Shown here in pieces: positions 10,401-19,527 of a DNA stretch of 64,000 bases. Within the stretch, counting starts at the first letter, position 1. Each line of letters begins with the position of its first letter. The stretch is from Candidatus Latescibacterota bacterium (lineage in GTDB: Bacteria > Latescibacterota > UBA2968): NCBI GenBank assembly GCA_965222605.1, contig OZ244960.1:1056001-1120000 (forward strand). Reading direction: 5' to 3'. The position numbers and the translations under genes are program-made. Under the pieces are notes generated by a model, which worked only from the letters and a program-made list of their open reading frames with translations, was not told the origin of the DNA and ran no database searches.

Positions 10401-10665
10401 TGTTCGTTTCCGCCCCATTCTTCTAACCTCACTCACGACATTTCTTGGCCTCACCCCCCTGCTATTGGAAAAAAGCCTTCAGGCACAGTTCCTGGTTCCA
10501 ATGGCCATATCCCTCGGTTTTGGCGTTCTCTTTGCAACCGTCATTACCCTCTTGCTCGTCCCCATCACCTACTATATTCTCGAAGACCTCATCAATACCT
10601 TCTATCGCCTCATCGGGCGCGAACGCCGTGCATTCCGCGCAGATCTGAACAGCGCAGCAGATTAA
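7456..10665 (+). CDS. RND efflux transporter permease (AcrB/AcrD/AcrF family)
   Basis: About 1070 aa; GIVVDDAVIVGENI and RFRPILLTSLTT motifs; ATGA overlap with the MFP gene. Confidence 0.95.
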   Translation: MRNAVEWFARNSVAANLLMVLILGGGIFLASSIRMEVFPEFSSDMINVSMIYLGAAPEEVEEAICVRIEEAVLGLDGIERITSTASENSGVVNIKLESGADMRKLLDDVKARVDAITSFPAETEKPIIREITNRRQVINVAISGPTDEKTLKTIGEQVRDDIATLPGITQVDLVSTRPYEIAIEVSENDLRRYDLTFSEIAMAVRRFSIDLPGGAIRTKGGEILLRTKGQAYRGKEFESLVLRSRPDGTHLRLGDVATVIDGFAETDQSAQFDAEPTVIVQVYRVGDQNVLDITKKVKAYIGEAQTRLPDGIKLTVWADYSRILNDRLELMLRNGRMGFILVFIALTMFLRLRLAFWVALGIPISFLGAIGLMPFFDVSINMISLFAFIVVLGIVVDDAVIVGENIYRHYQMGKRGLRAAIDGAQEVYVPVIFAVLTSIAAFSPLLTVEGNMGKIMKLIPQIVILTLIFSLIESLLILPAHLAHAKMDAKKDSDPPRKRAIVTLWQRVQNSVADGLLTAVDHYYRPFLEWVLQWRYLTLAASVATLFLTVGLVGGGWIKFVFFPNVEADNVAAMLTMPQGTPAEVTENAVRHLEASARQLQREIEGDESGAVFRHILATVGEQPFRSAQSQNFGSGAAFSSAHLGEVNIELVPSENRNIGSEEIAKRWREVTGAIPDAVELTYTSSLFSSGEAINIQFSGPDYGELREVTEKFKSALGEYPGVFDIADSFRPGKEEVKLSLTRQAEILGITLADLARQIRQAFYGEEAQRIQRGRDDIRVMVRYPESERRSLGNLEDMRIRTPGGGEVPFSIAARAELGRGYASIRRADRQRVINVTADVDISIVNANEIIADFTRTVLPRIMADHPRVRYDFEGQQREQTEMLQGLANSFVIALLVIYILLAIPFKSYVQPLIVMGAIPFGIVGAVWGHVALGFDLSILSAFGIVALTGVVVNDSLVMVDFINKQREKGHALSEALREAGAVRFRPILLTSLTTFLGLTPLLLEKSLQAQFLVPMAISLGFGVLFATVITLLLVPITYYILEDLINTFYRLIGRERRAFRADLNSAAD

Positions 10666-10690
10666 TTGCGCGTGGTGTTGTCGCAATTAC

Positions 10691-10723
10691 AAAGGCCGAT
10701 TGCTTTTGCAACCGGCCTTTTTT
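10691..10723 (+). terminator. Rho-independent terminator
   Basis: AAAGGCCG...CGGCCTTT stem followed by a T-run. Confidence 0.75.
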
Positions 10724-10731
10724 GCTCGCTA

Positions 10732-10760
10732 TTGACAAGCTTTGTCGATGCGTGTACATT
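10732..10760 (+). promoter_or_regulatory. Sigma-70-type promoter of the sulfatase operon
   Basis: TTGACA-N17-TACATT; the -35 overlaps an imperfect palindrome TTGACAA-GCT-TTGTCGA. Confidence 0.55.
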
Positions 10761-10813
10761 GCGCTCACGGTTTATAAAGCACCTGTATGGCTCAAAATTG
10801 AAAGGAATAACCA

Positions 10814-12187
10814 ATGGCTCCCAACATCATCTTTATCCTCACCGATGATCAAGGACCCTGGGCTGCCGGATGTTATGGCAATTCAGAAATTCGCACCCCC
10901 AATCTCGACCGCATTGCCGCCACGGGTATTCGCTTCGACAATTTCTTTGTCACCATCCCCGTGTGCTCGCCCAGTCGCGCCTCTTTTCTCACGGGTCGCA
11001 TACCCTCACAACACGGCGTACACGACTGGATCCGCGAAGGCAACACGGGTCCCGATGCTGCTTCTTATCTCCAGGACGAAATCTGCTATACCGACATCCT
11101 ATCCGAACACGGCTGGACATGTGGGTTATCGGGCAAATGGCACCTGGGCAATAGCACCTTGCCGCAGCACGGCTTCTCGCACTGGTTTGCCCACGAAAAA
11201 GGCGGTGGTCCCTACAACGACGCCACGCTGGTACGCAATGGCGAACTCGTCGCAGTACCAGGTTATGTGACCACCGCCATCACAGACGACGCCCTCGCAT
11301 TCATCGACAATCACGCCAATGACGACAAGCCCTTTTACCTCAGCGTTCACTACACCGCGCCCCACAGCCCATGGACTGGACATCCCCAGGATATTGTCGA
11401 TTCCTACGACGATTGCCCATTCGAATCCTGTCCACAAGAAGATCCACACCCCTGGGCGGGAGGCTTGAGCAATAATTTGGGCAACCGCGAAAGTCTCAAA
11501 GGCTACTTTGCCGCTGTCACCGCAATGGATTATGACGTGGGGCGCATCCTCGATAAAATTGAGGACAAGGGGATTCGCAACAACACCCTCGTTGTCTTCA
11601 CCTCTGACAATGGCTTTTCTTGTGGTCATCACGGCTTTTGGGGCAAGGGCAATGGTACGCGCCCCTTAAATATGTATGAAAACTCCATCAAAGTACCCTT
11701 CTTAGCCAGCCATCCCGGCGTCATCCCCGAAGGGAGCGTGCAGCCCGCAATGGCTTCGGGATACGATTTTATGCCCACTCTCCTCGACTATCTCAACCTG
11801 CCCTTACCCGAAGACCGCAACTACCCCGGCCGATCCTTCCTCGCCGCGCTCAAAGGCGAAGAAGACCCCGGGCGCGACAATGTCGTTATCTACGACGAAT
11901 ACGGCACGACGCGCATGATCCGCACGGCAGAATGGAAATACGTACACCGCTATCCCGATGGCCCCAACGAACTTTACGACCTGCAAAACGATCCCGACGA
12001 GCGCGACAATCTCGTTGACGACACCGCGCAGGCCAACCGCATCAAAACGATGAAAACGCAAATGGAAATGTGGTTTACAACCTACACCGTCCCCGACAAA
12101 GACGGACGCGATTACACCGTCAGCGGCGCCGGACAACTCCGCCCCGTCGGCCAAAAATGGGAAGACGACCGCAAACCCTTTGCATAA
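10814..12187 (+). CDS. Sulfatase (S1, Cys-type)
   Basis: ILTDDQG, CSPSRASFLTG, GKWHLG and SDNG motifs. Confidence 0.95.
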   Translation: MAPNIIFILTDDQGPWAAGCYGNSEIRTPNLDRIAATGIRFDNFFVTIPVCSPSRASFLTGRIPSQHGVHDWIREGNTGPDAASYLQDEICYTDILSEHGWTCGLSGKWHLGNSTLPQHGFSHWFAHEKGGGPYNDATLVRNGELVAVPGYVTTAITDDALAFIDNHANDDKPFYLSVHYTAPHSPWTGHPQDIVDSYDDCPFESCPQEDPHPWAGGLSNNLGNRESLKGYFAAVTAMDYDVGRILDKIEDKGIRNNTLVVFTSDNGFSCGHHGFWGKGNGTRPLNMYENSIKVPFLASHPGVIPEGSVQPAMASGYDFMPTLLDYLNLPLPEDRNYPGRSFLAALKGEEDPGRDNVVIYDEYGTTRMIRTAEWKYVHRYPDGPNELYDLQNDPDERDNLVDDTAQANRIKTMKTQMEMWFTTYTVPDKDGRDYTVSGAGQLRPVGQKWEDDRKPFA

Positions 12188-12209
12188 AGAGCGGTCAAAG
12201 GAGGTACCG

Positions 12210-13094
12210 GTGAAAGCGGGTGTGTGCAGTTACTGCTTCAATTCGATGCTGACCGAGGGTAAGATCTCTTTGATGGAGGCGATCGAATTCGTGGGAAAGG
12301 AGACTGAGGCCGACTGCTTCGAGCCCTACTCCCCATACTGGAGTCCCGATCGAGACGTGCAAGAACAGGCGCGCGAGGCCCGGAGCCTGATGGACCGGGT
12401 GGGCCTGCAGGCCTCGTGCCATGCCCTGGCGACCGATTTCGCCGTCTACGACGAAGGCGAAAATCGCGCCTGCCTGGACTGGTGTGAGAAGATGCTCCAG
12501 GTCGCCGTGATCCTCGGGGCCGATACGGTCCGCGTCGATCCCCGCACCGCCCCACCTCCCGGCAGATCCCGCGACGATATCGATCCCGAAGACGCCCTCG
12601 CCCGCGTTGTTCAAAGCATGCAGACCGTCGCCGACATCGCTACCGAAAAAGGCCTGAAAGTCGGCGTTGAGAACCACGGGCTACTGCTCGGACGCACGTC
12701 GCAGACCGCGCGCATCGTCGAGCGGGTCGATCGCCCCAACTTCGGCGTGAACCTCGACTTCACCAATTTCCGCACGGTCTTCGGAGAAGACCACGTTGAG
12801 GCGGCCCGGCTTCTCGCCAGACATGTCGTCCACATCCATGCCAAGGACTTCCACATTCGGCAGGATCCCCAGCCTGGGGAGGAGTGGCGCGAAATCCCCT
12901 CGGGCGAATACGTCAAGCGCGCGGTCGGCGGCGAGGGGAACTCGGGTTGGGCCGAGATCTTTCGCATCCTCAAAGATGCGGGCTACAGGGACGCTATCTC
13001 CCTCGAGGTCTCAGATCCAGCGGACATCCGGGGCAGTGTCGCGAAAGGGGTGGCCAATCTGAAGCGTATCATCGCGGAGGTGGAGCGGTTGTAA
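12210..13094 (+). CDS. Sugar phosphate isomerase/epimerase (xylose isomerase-like TIM barrel)
   Basis: GVENH, NLDFTN, HIHAKD and ISLE motifs; GTG start after AAGGAGG; visibly GC-richer than its neighbours. Confidence 0.88.
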   Translation: MKAGVCSYCFNSMLTEGKISLMEAIEFVGKETEADCFEPYSPYWSPDRDVQEQAREARSLMDRVGLQASCHALATDFAVYDEGENRACLDWCEKMLQVAVILGADTVRVDPRTAPPPGRSRDDIDPEDALARVVQSMQTVADIATEKGLKVGVENHGLLLGRTSQTARIVERVDRPNFGVNLDFTNFRTVFGEDHVEAARLLARHVVHIHAKDFHIRQDPQPGEEWREIPSGEYVKRAVGGEGNSGWAEIFRILKDAGYRDAISLEVSDPADIRGSVAKGVANLKRIIAEVERL

Positions 13095-13172
13095 TGCCAG
13101 AGCCAAGACGTGGATGGAAGCCACGGCGACCGCTACTGCCTTATGAACAATTTTTCGCATACAAGGTACCCC

Positions 13173-13442
13173 ATGAAAACTCGATATTTGGAAGTGACAT
13201 TTCGCAAGGGTAAACCGCTTGCAGCCTATTTGTATTTGCCGAGAGATCCCGGTGCTAAGAGTGCCAGAACAGAGCTTATGGAATCTGGCTTGCTGGTGGA
13301 TTATCAGGCCGATGGTCGTCCGATTGGCTTAGAGATCACGGCACCTGACAAAGTCACATTAGATCAGATCAACGGTATTCTCAAGCGATTGAATTTACCC
13401 TTATTGGATCCTCAGGAGTTGGCACCCTTACAAGCGGCATAA
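13173..13442 (+). CDS. DUF2283-like small protein (putative orphan antitoxin)
   Basis: AAYLYL...GLLVDY.ADGRPIGLEI pattern. Confidence 0.75.
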   Translation: MKTRYLEVTFRKGKPLAAYLYLPRDPGAKSARTELMESGLLVDYQADGRPIGLEITAPDKVTLDQINGILKRLNLPLLDPQELAPLQAA

Positions 13443-13459
13443 GACATCGGAGAACGGAT

Positions 13460-14686
13460 ATGAATAAAAAACTGGCTCTCTATGGCGGAGAAAAAACGCG
13501 CACAGCCCCCTTTCCCTCGCGCACGCCATTTGGAAAAAAAGAAGAAGAATTGTTATTGAACGCCGTACGCAGTCAAAATTTGTTTGGCAAGAGCGGCACC
13601 TATGTCAAAGATTTTGAAAAGCAATTTGCCGACTTTTACGGGATGGAATACGCACAAAGCTCAACGAGTGGCACGGCGGCCATTCATCTGGCAGTGGGCG
13701 TTGTCGATCCCGAACCAGGGGACGAAATCATCACCGCACCCATTACTGATCCGGGCAGCGTAATGCCCATTTTAATTCAAAATGCCGTACCCGTATTTGC
13801 CGATGTCGATCCCCTGACAATGAACATGACACCCGAATCGATTGAAGAAAATATTACAGACCGCACGCGCGCAATCATCCTCGTACACTTGTTTGGCCGC
13901 CCCTGCAATGTCGAAGAAGTGGTGAAAATTGCGGAAAAATACCATATTACGCTGATTGAAGATTGCAGCCAATGTCACGCCACCAAATACAAAGGTCGCT
14001 ATGTGGGAACTTTTGGGCATATGGGTTGTTTTAGTCTGCAACAGTCCAAACACATGACTACGGGCGATGGCGGGATGACGGTCACGCATGACAGAGAAAC
14101 CTATATTCGTCTCAAGCTGTTCTCCGATAAGGGATGGGACTATCAATATATGGCCGATCGCGATCACGCTTTTGTCGCACCCAACTATCGCATGACCGAG
14201 ATGCAGGGCGCGGTTGGCCTCGCGCAGTTGGAAAAAGTGCGCGGCGTGGTCGAGAGACGGCACGAATTGGGCGCATTGCTAAGTGACCTGATTGCCGATG
14301 CCCCGGGTATAACTCCCCTGCCGATAGAAGAAGACCGCGAGGTTTCATGGTGGAATTTTGTTTTTCACGTCACGGGTCACGATCCCGATGAATTTTGCAA
14401 AGCCGTGCGCGCCGAAGGCGTATCTATGGGGGCGCATTATATCAAAGATCCGATTTTTATGCGCGGGAATTACCTGACCGAAAAACGCACCTATGGAAAC
14501 AGCGGATTCCCCTTTCACCACGGCGTAACAAGCCGCGAATATAACTACGGCCCAGAACTCGTTCCCGGTGCTGTACAGGCATTGAGTACAGTCGTTGTGT
14601 GGGGCTTGCACGAACACCTCGACGAAAAAGACATTCGCGACACCGCCGTCGCGATCAACAAAGTCGCAAACGGCCTGGGCAAATAG
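13460..14686 (+). CDS. DegT/DnrJ/EryC1/StrS family PLP-dependent aminotransferase
   Basis: SGTAAIH, IEDCSQ, FSLQQSKHMTTGDGG and NYRMTEMQGAVG motifs. Confidence 0.93.
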   Translation: MNKKLALYGGEKTRTAPFPSRTPFGKKEEELLLNAVRSQNLFGKSGTYVKDFEKQFADFYGMEYAQSSTSGTAAIHLAVGVVDPEPGDEIITAPITDPGSVMPILIQNAVPVFADVDPLTMNMTPESIEENITDRTRAIILVHLFGRPCNVEEVVKIAEKYHITLIEDCSQCHATKYKGRYVGTFGHMGCFSLQQSKHMTTGDGGMTVTHDRETYIRLKLFSDKGWDYQYMADRDHAFVAPNYRMTEMQGAVGLAQLEKVRGVVERRHELGALLSDLIADAPGITPLPIEEDREVSWWNFVFHVTGHDPDEFCKAVRAEGVSMGAHYIKDPIFMRGNYLTEKRTYGNSGFPFHHGVTSREYNYGPELVPGAVQALSTVVVWGLHEHLDEKDIRDTAVAINKVANGLGK

Positions 14687-14704
14687 ACGAGAAAAGGAAT
14701 CCAA

Positions 14705-15730
14705 ATGCACCAGTCTCGTACACGGTGGTATTACACCAGAGGCATTTTTGCACTCTGTATCCTGGCTCTTTCTGCTTGTGGAAGCACAACGTCGCCGGAT
14801 ATCACGGGGCCGGCAGAACCCGGTGCAGAGCCAATACCGGGCGGCCCAGGACGGATCGCATATATAAAGCAAAACCTGCAAACGGGCAGTTTTCATCTCC
14901 ATATTGTGAATCCCGACGGTAAAAACCCCATCAATCTCAATCCCACAGACGATCTGGCTGAATATTCCGGGCAATCGTGGTCGTCCGACGGTTCACAACT
15001 CGCCTTTGCCTCAAATCGCAGTGGCAATGCCAATTTCAACATTTTTGTTATGAATACCGACGGGAGCAATATCCGTAGTGTGGTTGAAGATTCGGGAAAC
15101 GAATTTGCATCGTCCTGGTCGCCCGATGGACAGAAAATACTCTTTCAAACAAAGCGCAGCGATGAGACAGCTTGGGATATTTATGTGGTCAACATCGACG
15201 GTTCTGGAGAACAGGTGCTGATCAATACAGATATGGAAGAGCAACTATCCGTCTGGTCACCCGATGGTACCAAATTTGCCTATCAGGCCGGACACCGCGG
15301 TCGTGGAATCGATATTTATGTCGCCAATGCCGATGGTACAGGCGCGATGCGTTTGACAGATGGCAATGGCACCTTGCACGCTGCACCCGCCTGGTCGCCA
15401 GATGGAACGCAGATAGCATTTGAATCCAATCGCCATCAACCCCCGTCAACAGGCACGCGAACGCCTCTGGCGCAGTACGAGATTTATGTGATGAATCGAG
15501 ATGGGTCAAATATGCGCCGTCTCACGTCTTCCCAACCCCTCGAAGCATTACGCAATCCAACCTGGTCGCCCGATGGGAAGCAAATTGCATTTGAATTTCA
15601 CAGTTATGCAACAAATCTAATCTCGGGATTTTCGACCGTTAAGGTCATGAATGTAGATGGCTCCAATGCTTTTTCTATTCCCAATATCCCACTTGGTGCG
15701 CGCTTCCCGCGCTGGTCGCCTGTGCCGTAA
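14705..15730 (+). CDS. TolB-like PD40/WD40 beta-propeller lipoprotein
   Basis: Lipobox LSAC; repeated WSPDG.(Q/K)IAF motifs. Confidence 0.9.
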   Translation: MHQSRTRWYYTRGIFALCILALSACGSTTSPDITGPAEPGAEPIPGGPGRIAYIKQNLQTGSFHLHIVNPDGKNPINLNPTDDLAEYSGQSWSSDGSQLAFASNRSGNANFNIFVMNTDGSNIRSVVEDSGNEFASSWSPDGQKILFQTKRSDETAWDIYVVNIDGSGEQVLINTDMEEQLSVWSPDGTKFAYQAGHRGRGIDIYVANADGTGAMRLTDGNGTLHAAPAWSPDGTQIAFESNRHQPPSTGTRTPLAQYEIYVMNRDGSNMRRLTSSQPLEALRNPTWSPDGKQIAFEFHSYATNLISGFSTVKVMNVDGSNAFSIPNIPLGARFPRWSPVP

Positions 15731-15758
15731 ACACAACATTCATTGAACAGACCATCTG

Positions 15759-15789
15759 AAAAGTCTTGGATTTTATCCGAGACTTTTTT
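15759..15789 (+). terminator. Rho-independent terminator
   Basis: AAAAGTCTTGGA / TCCGAGACTTTT stem with a T-tail. Confidence 0.7.
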
Positions 15790-15871
15790 GTTTGACTTCG
15801 CCGCTTTTGTCCAATTAATTGTTTCGCAGCCGGGTATATGGTATTGCGAACCACTTTTCAGGAGGCGCGTT

Positions 15872-16591
15872 ATGAGGCGGCCAACAGATGCTGAACGACA
15901 GGAGTGGAAAGCCAACGGAGTGTTGTTTTTAGAAAATGCAATTGTGGGGGAAGACCTATCGCGGTTGCAGGCAAAGTTTGATCGGTGTACCGCCGAGGCC
16001 AGGCGCGAATGGTTGGAGGGAATAGCAAAAGGCACGCGTCCTGCTGCCCATTTTGATATTCCAAAGCCATTGGAAAAGGACGACGTATTTATCGACCTGA
16101 TCGATGATCCGGGCTGGTACGGGTTTTTGATGGATTTTGCCGATGAAGATTTGATCCTGCTCGCGCCGCAAGTGCGAACCCTGCCGGTATCACCCATCAG
16201 TTATGTGGGTTGGCATCCGGACGTGCCGCATACGACACCGCTCCACATGAAAGTACAGATTTATATTGAGGATGTCCCGGCCGACGGCGGTGCATTTGGA
16301 TATGTACCGGGCAGCCATAAACCCAATGCCGGAGCGTGTCCAGTGGTTCGTCCGCTCGATTCAATGCCGGGGCACAAAGTGTATCCCGGCAAAGCGGGCG
16401 ATGCGGTATTATTCAATTCTTATGGGTGGCATACCTCAATGGTCAATCGCACCTTAAAGCCGCGCAAGTCGATTATCCTCATCTATGAAAAGTGGAGCAA
16501 GGACCGCATATCGACCGATCAATTTGCAACGATTGCACATAAATGCACAACGCCAGACCGGAGACGGTTATTTAGTCTGGATGAGAGATGA
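15872..16591 (+). CDS. Phytanoyl-CoA dioxygenase (PhyH) family protein
   Basis: WHPD, GG.FGYVPGSH and KAGDAVLFN...WH motifs; AGGAGG RBS before ATG 15872. Confidence 0.9.
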   Translation: MRRPTDAERQEWKANGVLFLENAIVGEDLSRLQAKFDRCTAEARREWLEGIAKGTRPAAHFDIPKPLEKDDVFIDLIDDPGWYGFLMDFADEDLILLAPQVRTLPVSPISYVGWHPDVPHTTPLHMKVQIYIEDVPADGGAFGYVPGSHKPNAGACPVVRPLDSMPGHKVYPGKAGDAVLFNSYGWHTSMVNRTLKPRKSIILIYEKWSKDRISTDQFATIAHKCTTPDRRRLFSLDER

Positions 16592-16595
16592 TAGC

Positions 16596-17498
16596 ATGCC
16601 AATTATTGACTCACACCTGCATGTATTTGAAAAACTGTCGGATGAATTTCCCCGCGAGGTAAATGACCAGTGTCCCGCAGACAGGGCAGAGACAGCGGAA
16701 AAATTGCTGGAAGTCATGGCGGCAAATGGCGTCGATCAGGCGGTATTGACACAGATCGGTGGTACACAATTGGCGCACCACCGGTACTTACAGCATTGTT
16801 TAAAGACCTATCCCAACCGCTTCCGGGGGATCGGGTTGATTCCTCGGGATGAATGGGACGCGCCAGAAGACCACATGGATCGACTAACTGAGAACGGGGA
16901 TATTATCGGCTTTAGGATTAACGAAATTGGCGGGCCTGCCGATCCCCTATCCCACATGGATGTACGGACATTTACTTCGTATCGCATCTGGAAACACGCG
17001 GCTAAAAAAAATTACGTGATGTGGCTGTATATTCGGGCGAAAGACGCGCACCAGGTCGCCTTTATGGTTCAGGCATTTCCCGAAATTCGCGCCGTGTTTA
17101 ACCATCTGATGATCTGTCCAGGCGAGGGGATGTTTTCGTGGGATGACGAAGGCCGCCCGCACATCAATACCCCTATACCGCCGCTAACGCGCTACTCGAT
17201 GCTGGGCTTGCACGAATACCCAAATATCTGCGTACATCTATCGGGACAATATGCGTTTAGCCAGGAAACATGGCCCTATCGCGATTTGGAGGGGTGGCAC
17301 AAAACACTGCTTTCCAAGTTCGGCGCAGACAAATTGATGTGGGCGACGGATTTTCCATGGATTTTGGAAGATCCAGGATATGATAAGCTGGTACAGGTAA
17401 TCGATGAATTATTGCCAGATTTGAGCGCGCAGCAAAAAACAGAAATTATGGGGAGAACGGCAAAACGGGTTTTGGGCTTTCCCGACGTGGCGGAGTGA
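16596..17498 (+). CDS. Amidohydrolase family 2 protein
   Basis: IIDSHLH and FGADKLMWATDFPW motifs. Confidence 0.9.
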   Translation: MPIIDSHLHVFEKLSDEFPREVNDQCPADRAETAEKLLEVMAANGVDQAVLTQIGGTQLAHHRYLQHCLKTYPNRFRGIGLIPRDEWDAPEDHMDRLTENGDIIGFRINEIGGPADPLSHMDVRTFTSYRIWKHAAKKNYVMWLYIRAKDAHQVAFMVQAFPEIRAVFNHLMICPGEGMFSWDDEGRPHINTPIPPLTRYSMLGLHEYPNICVHLSGQYAFSQETWPYRDLEGWHKTLLSKFGADKLMWATDFPWILEDPGYDKLVQVIDELLPDLSAQQKTEIMGRTAKRVLGFPDVAE

Positions 17499-19527
17499 CC
17501 CTTTTGAAATTGCCCTTGTATTGTTCGAGGGCCTCCAGTGCCTTGTTATTGGGATGGGGATATATGTCGCGAGATTTCCCAAAAGACGCGACAGCGGCCA
17601 CCCTCTGACCCTGTTTTTGCAGCAGGCTTCCCTTCAAGTAGTATAGCCGCGCCAGGGTTTGCTTTTTTAATGCCTCGTGTTTGAGGGTCTCCGCCCTATC
17701 TAACCATGCCGCGATTTGTTCCCAGTGTGAGCTATTCCCGTTCTCTATCATTGTGGTAGCTATGCCGATGAGACAGGCGTAACTTCTCTCTGAGAGGCGG
17801 AACAATTCCTGCATTGAATTGAGAAGCCCCGGATCGCCTGAAAAATAAATCAAACCCAAATATCGCCCGTACTGGAACAACAATCCGTTTCGCCGCACGC
17901 GTTCCCAGCGATCAATGGGTTGTCGCGCGATAAGTTGCGCGAAGTACTCCTCACCGCGCGGATGGCGTTTTAGTTCTATGGTACCCGGCTTGCCATCTTT
18001 AACCGCCTCCATGAGAAAACCATAGATCCGTCCCTGGCGATCGGGAAAAATATCGAAATCCATGGGAAAAAAGAGGGCGCGGTCGGTCGAATCGGTGAAT
18101 TGTTCCAAGACCTCCTTTTTCTTTTCTTTCGGTAAAAATGGATCGTAGAGGCGTTTGCCATATACGAGTCCCTGAAGATTGTACAGGGCGACATCTGGAC
18201 GGCGGTTCTCGATGTATTGATAATAACCCATCGGCCCGGTTGCATCGCCGAATACGAACAGGACCGCGTCTTCTGGCAGAATATCCAATTGCATGTCCGC
18301 ATAGTGCTCGGCAAAGTCGCTATCGGATCGATCATTGGCCCGCCAGTGTTCATGCACCGACCACGCAACCATCGCCGCGCCCACCAGGGCTGCCATACCA
18401 ATTTTGAGTCCCGGCCCATGGACAGATTTGGACGACAACCATTCTGCCAGCCAGTCGAACACAACCTGCAATCCAATACCCAGCCATAAGGCCGCTATAC
18501 CGTAACACAACAGAGAATAGGGGCGAAAGATCGCGACCCAGAAAAAGTCAAAATCGAAACCCAGCAGGGCGATCAGCACGATGCTATTGCCCAAAAATAC
18601 CAGCAATCCCGAACCCGCTTTTGCGATCTGCCGCCGCCGAAACAGCACGATCAGGCCCAACACGGCAAGTGCAAAGCCCGGCAGCGTCAATTGCCACAAA
18701 AATTCGTTGCCCAGCCATTGCATGAACCCGAACCGGTCATTCCATCCCGCGCTGGGGCTGGCATCTATATGGACATAGCCCTGCCGACTGAAATAGTGCC
18801 AAAATTCTTTCAACGTATCGATAGAACCGTAAAAATTGATCAGAGGATCCCGATGCGACCGCCAGACCATCCACGCATAAGGCAAGACCGCACTCGGCAG
18901 GGAAACCCCCAAAAGCAACGGCAGTTTCCGATACACAGTGCGCCAAATGGGCAAGATCAATAGCATCAAACCCGGCGTTGAAAGCACCATCAGCGGCCAG
19001 TGATTGGTCAAACCCAATCCATAAGCCACAGCCGCGGCAATCCAGATACCAGTGCGGTGCGGCTGGCGGATGCCGTACAAAAGTAGTGCGTAGAGGAGAA
19101 AAAAGAACAGTGCATTGAGTGCATAAACCTCGGCGATAATAGCCTGAGACCAGAAATGCTCAGAAGCGGCAAATAGCCATGTAGCAGTCAGGGCGGGAAT
19201 TGGCGATGCACCCAACAGGCGGGCACACACATAAACGCAGCCGCAGGCAAACGCGCCCAATACCGCACTGGACAAATGGCCGAGGAAGGCAACACTGCCA
19301 AAGGGCAATTGGGTGAACAGATAGACAATAAGGGTATAGAGCGGATAGCCCGGCGGATGGGCCACACCGAGATGCGCGCCAGCCATGAGAAACAAGCCAT
19401 CGTCTTCCAAAACAACAGTGCGCGGCATCGTGAGCACATAAAGCACGAGTGGACCGACCGATGCGGCCAACGCGATCCCGTCGCGCAAGGGCTTAAAGGC
19501 TTCAATTTGGGCATCCACGCGATTCAT
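17446..19527 (-). CDS. DUF2723 / TMEM260-like GT-C glycosyltransferase with C-terminal TPR-like helices
   Basis: EDDG..., LGVAHPPGYPLY, FWSQAIIAEVYALN and GLTNH motifs; multi-TM N-terminal half. Confidence 0.85.
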   Translation of the reverse strand: MNRVDAQIEAFKPLRDGIALAASVGPLVLYVLTMPRTVVLEDDGLFLMAGAHLGVAHPPGYPLYTLIVYLFTQLPFGSVAFLGHLSSAVLGAFACGCVYVCARLLGASPIPALTATWLFAASEHFWSQAIIAEVYALNALFFFLLYALLLYGIRQPHRTGIWIAAAVAYGLGLTNHWPLMVLSTPGLMLLILPIWRTVYRKLPLLLGVSLPSAVLPYAWMVWRSHRDPLINFYGSIDTLKEFWHYFSRQGYVHIDASPSAGWNDRFGFMQWLGNEFLWQLTLPGFALAVLGLIVLFRRRQIAKAGSGLLVFLGNSIVLIALLGFDFDFFWVAIFRPYSLLCYGIAALWLGIGLQVVFDWLAEWLSSKSVHGPGLKIGMAALVGAAMVAWSVHEHWRANDRSDSDFAEHYADMQLDILPEDAVLFVFGDATGPMGYYQYIENRRPDVALYNLQGLVYGKRLYDPFLPKEKKKEVLEQFTDSTDRALFFPMDFDIFPDRQGRIYGFLMEAVKDGKPGTIELKRHPRGEEYFAQLIARQPIDRWERVRRNGLLFQYGRYLGLIYFSGDPGLLNSMQELFRLSERSYACLIGIATTMIENGNSSHWEQIAAWLDRAETLKHEALKKQTLARLYYLKGSLLQKQGQRVAAVASFGKSRDIYPHPNNKALEALEQYKGNFKRVTPPRRESPKPVLPFSP

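Noticed and set aside
14980-15720. Recurring TGGTCGCC.GATGG nucleotide repeats
   Set aside because: Explained by the WSPDG blades of the TolB-like propeller protein
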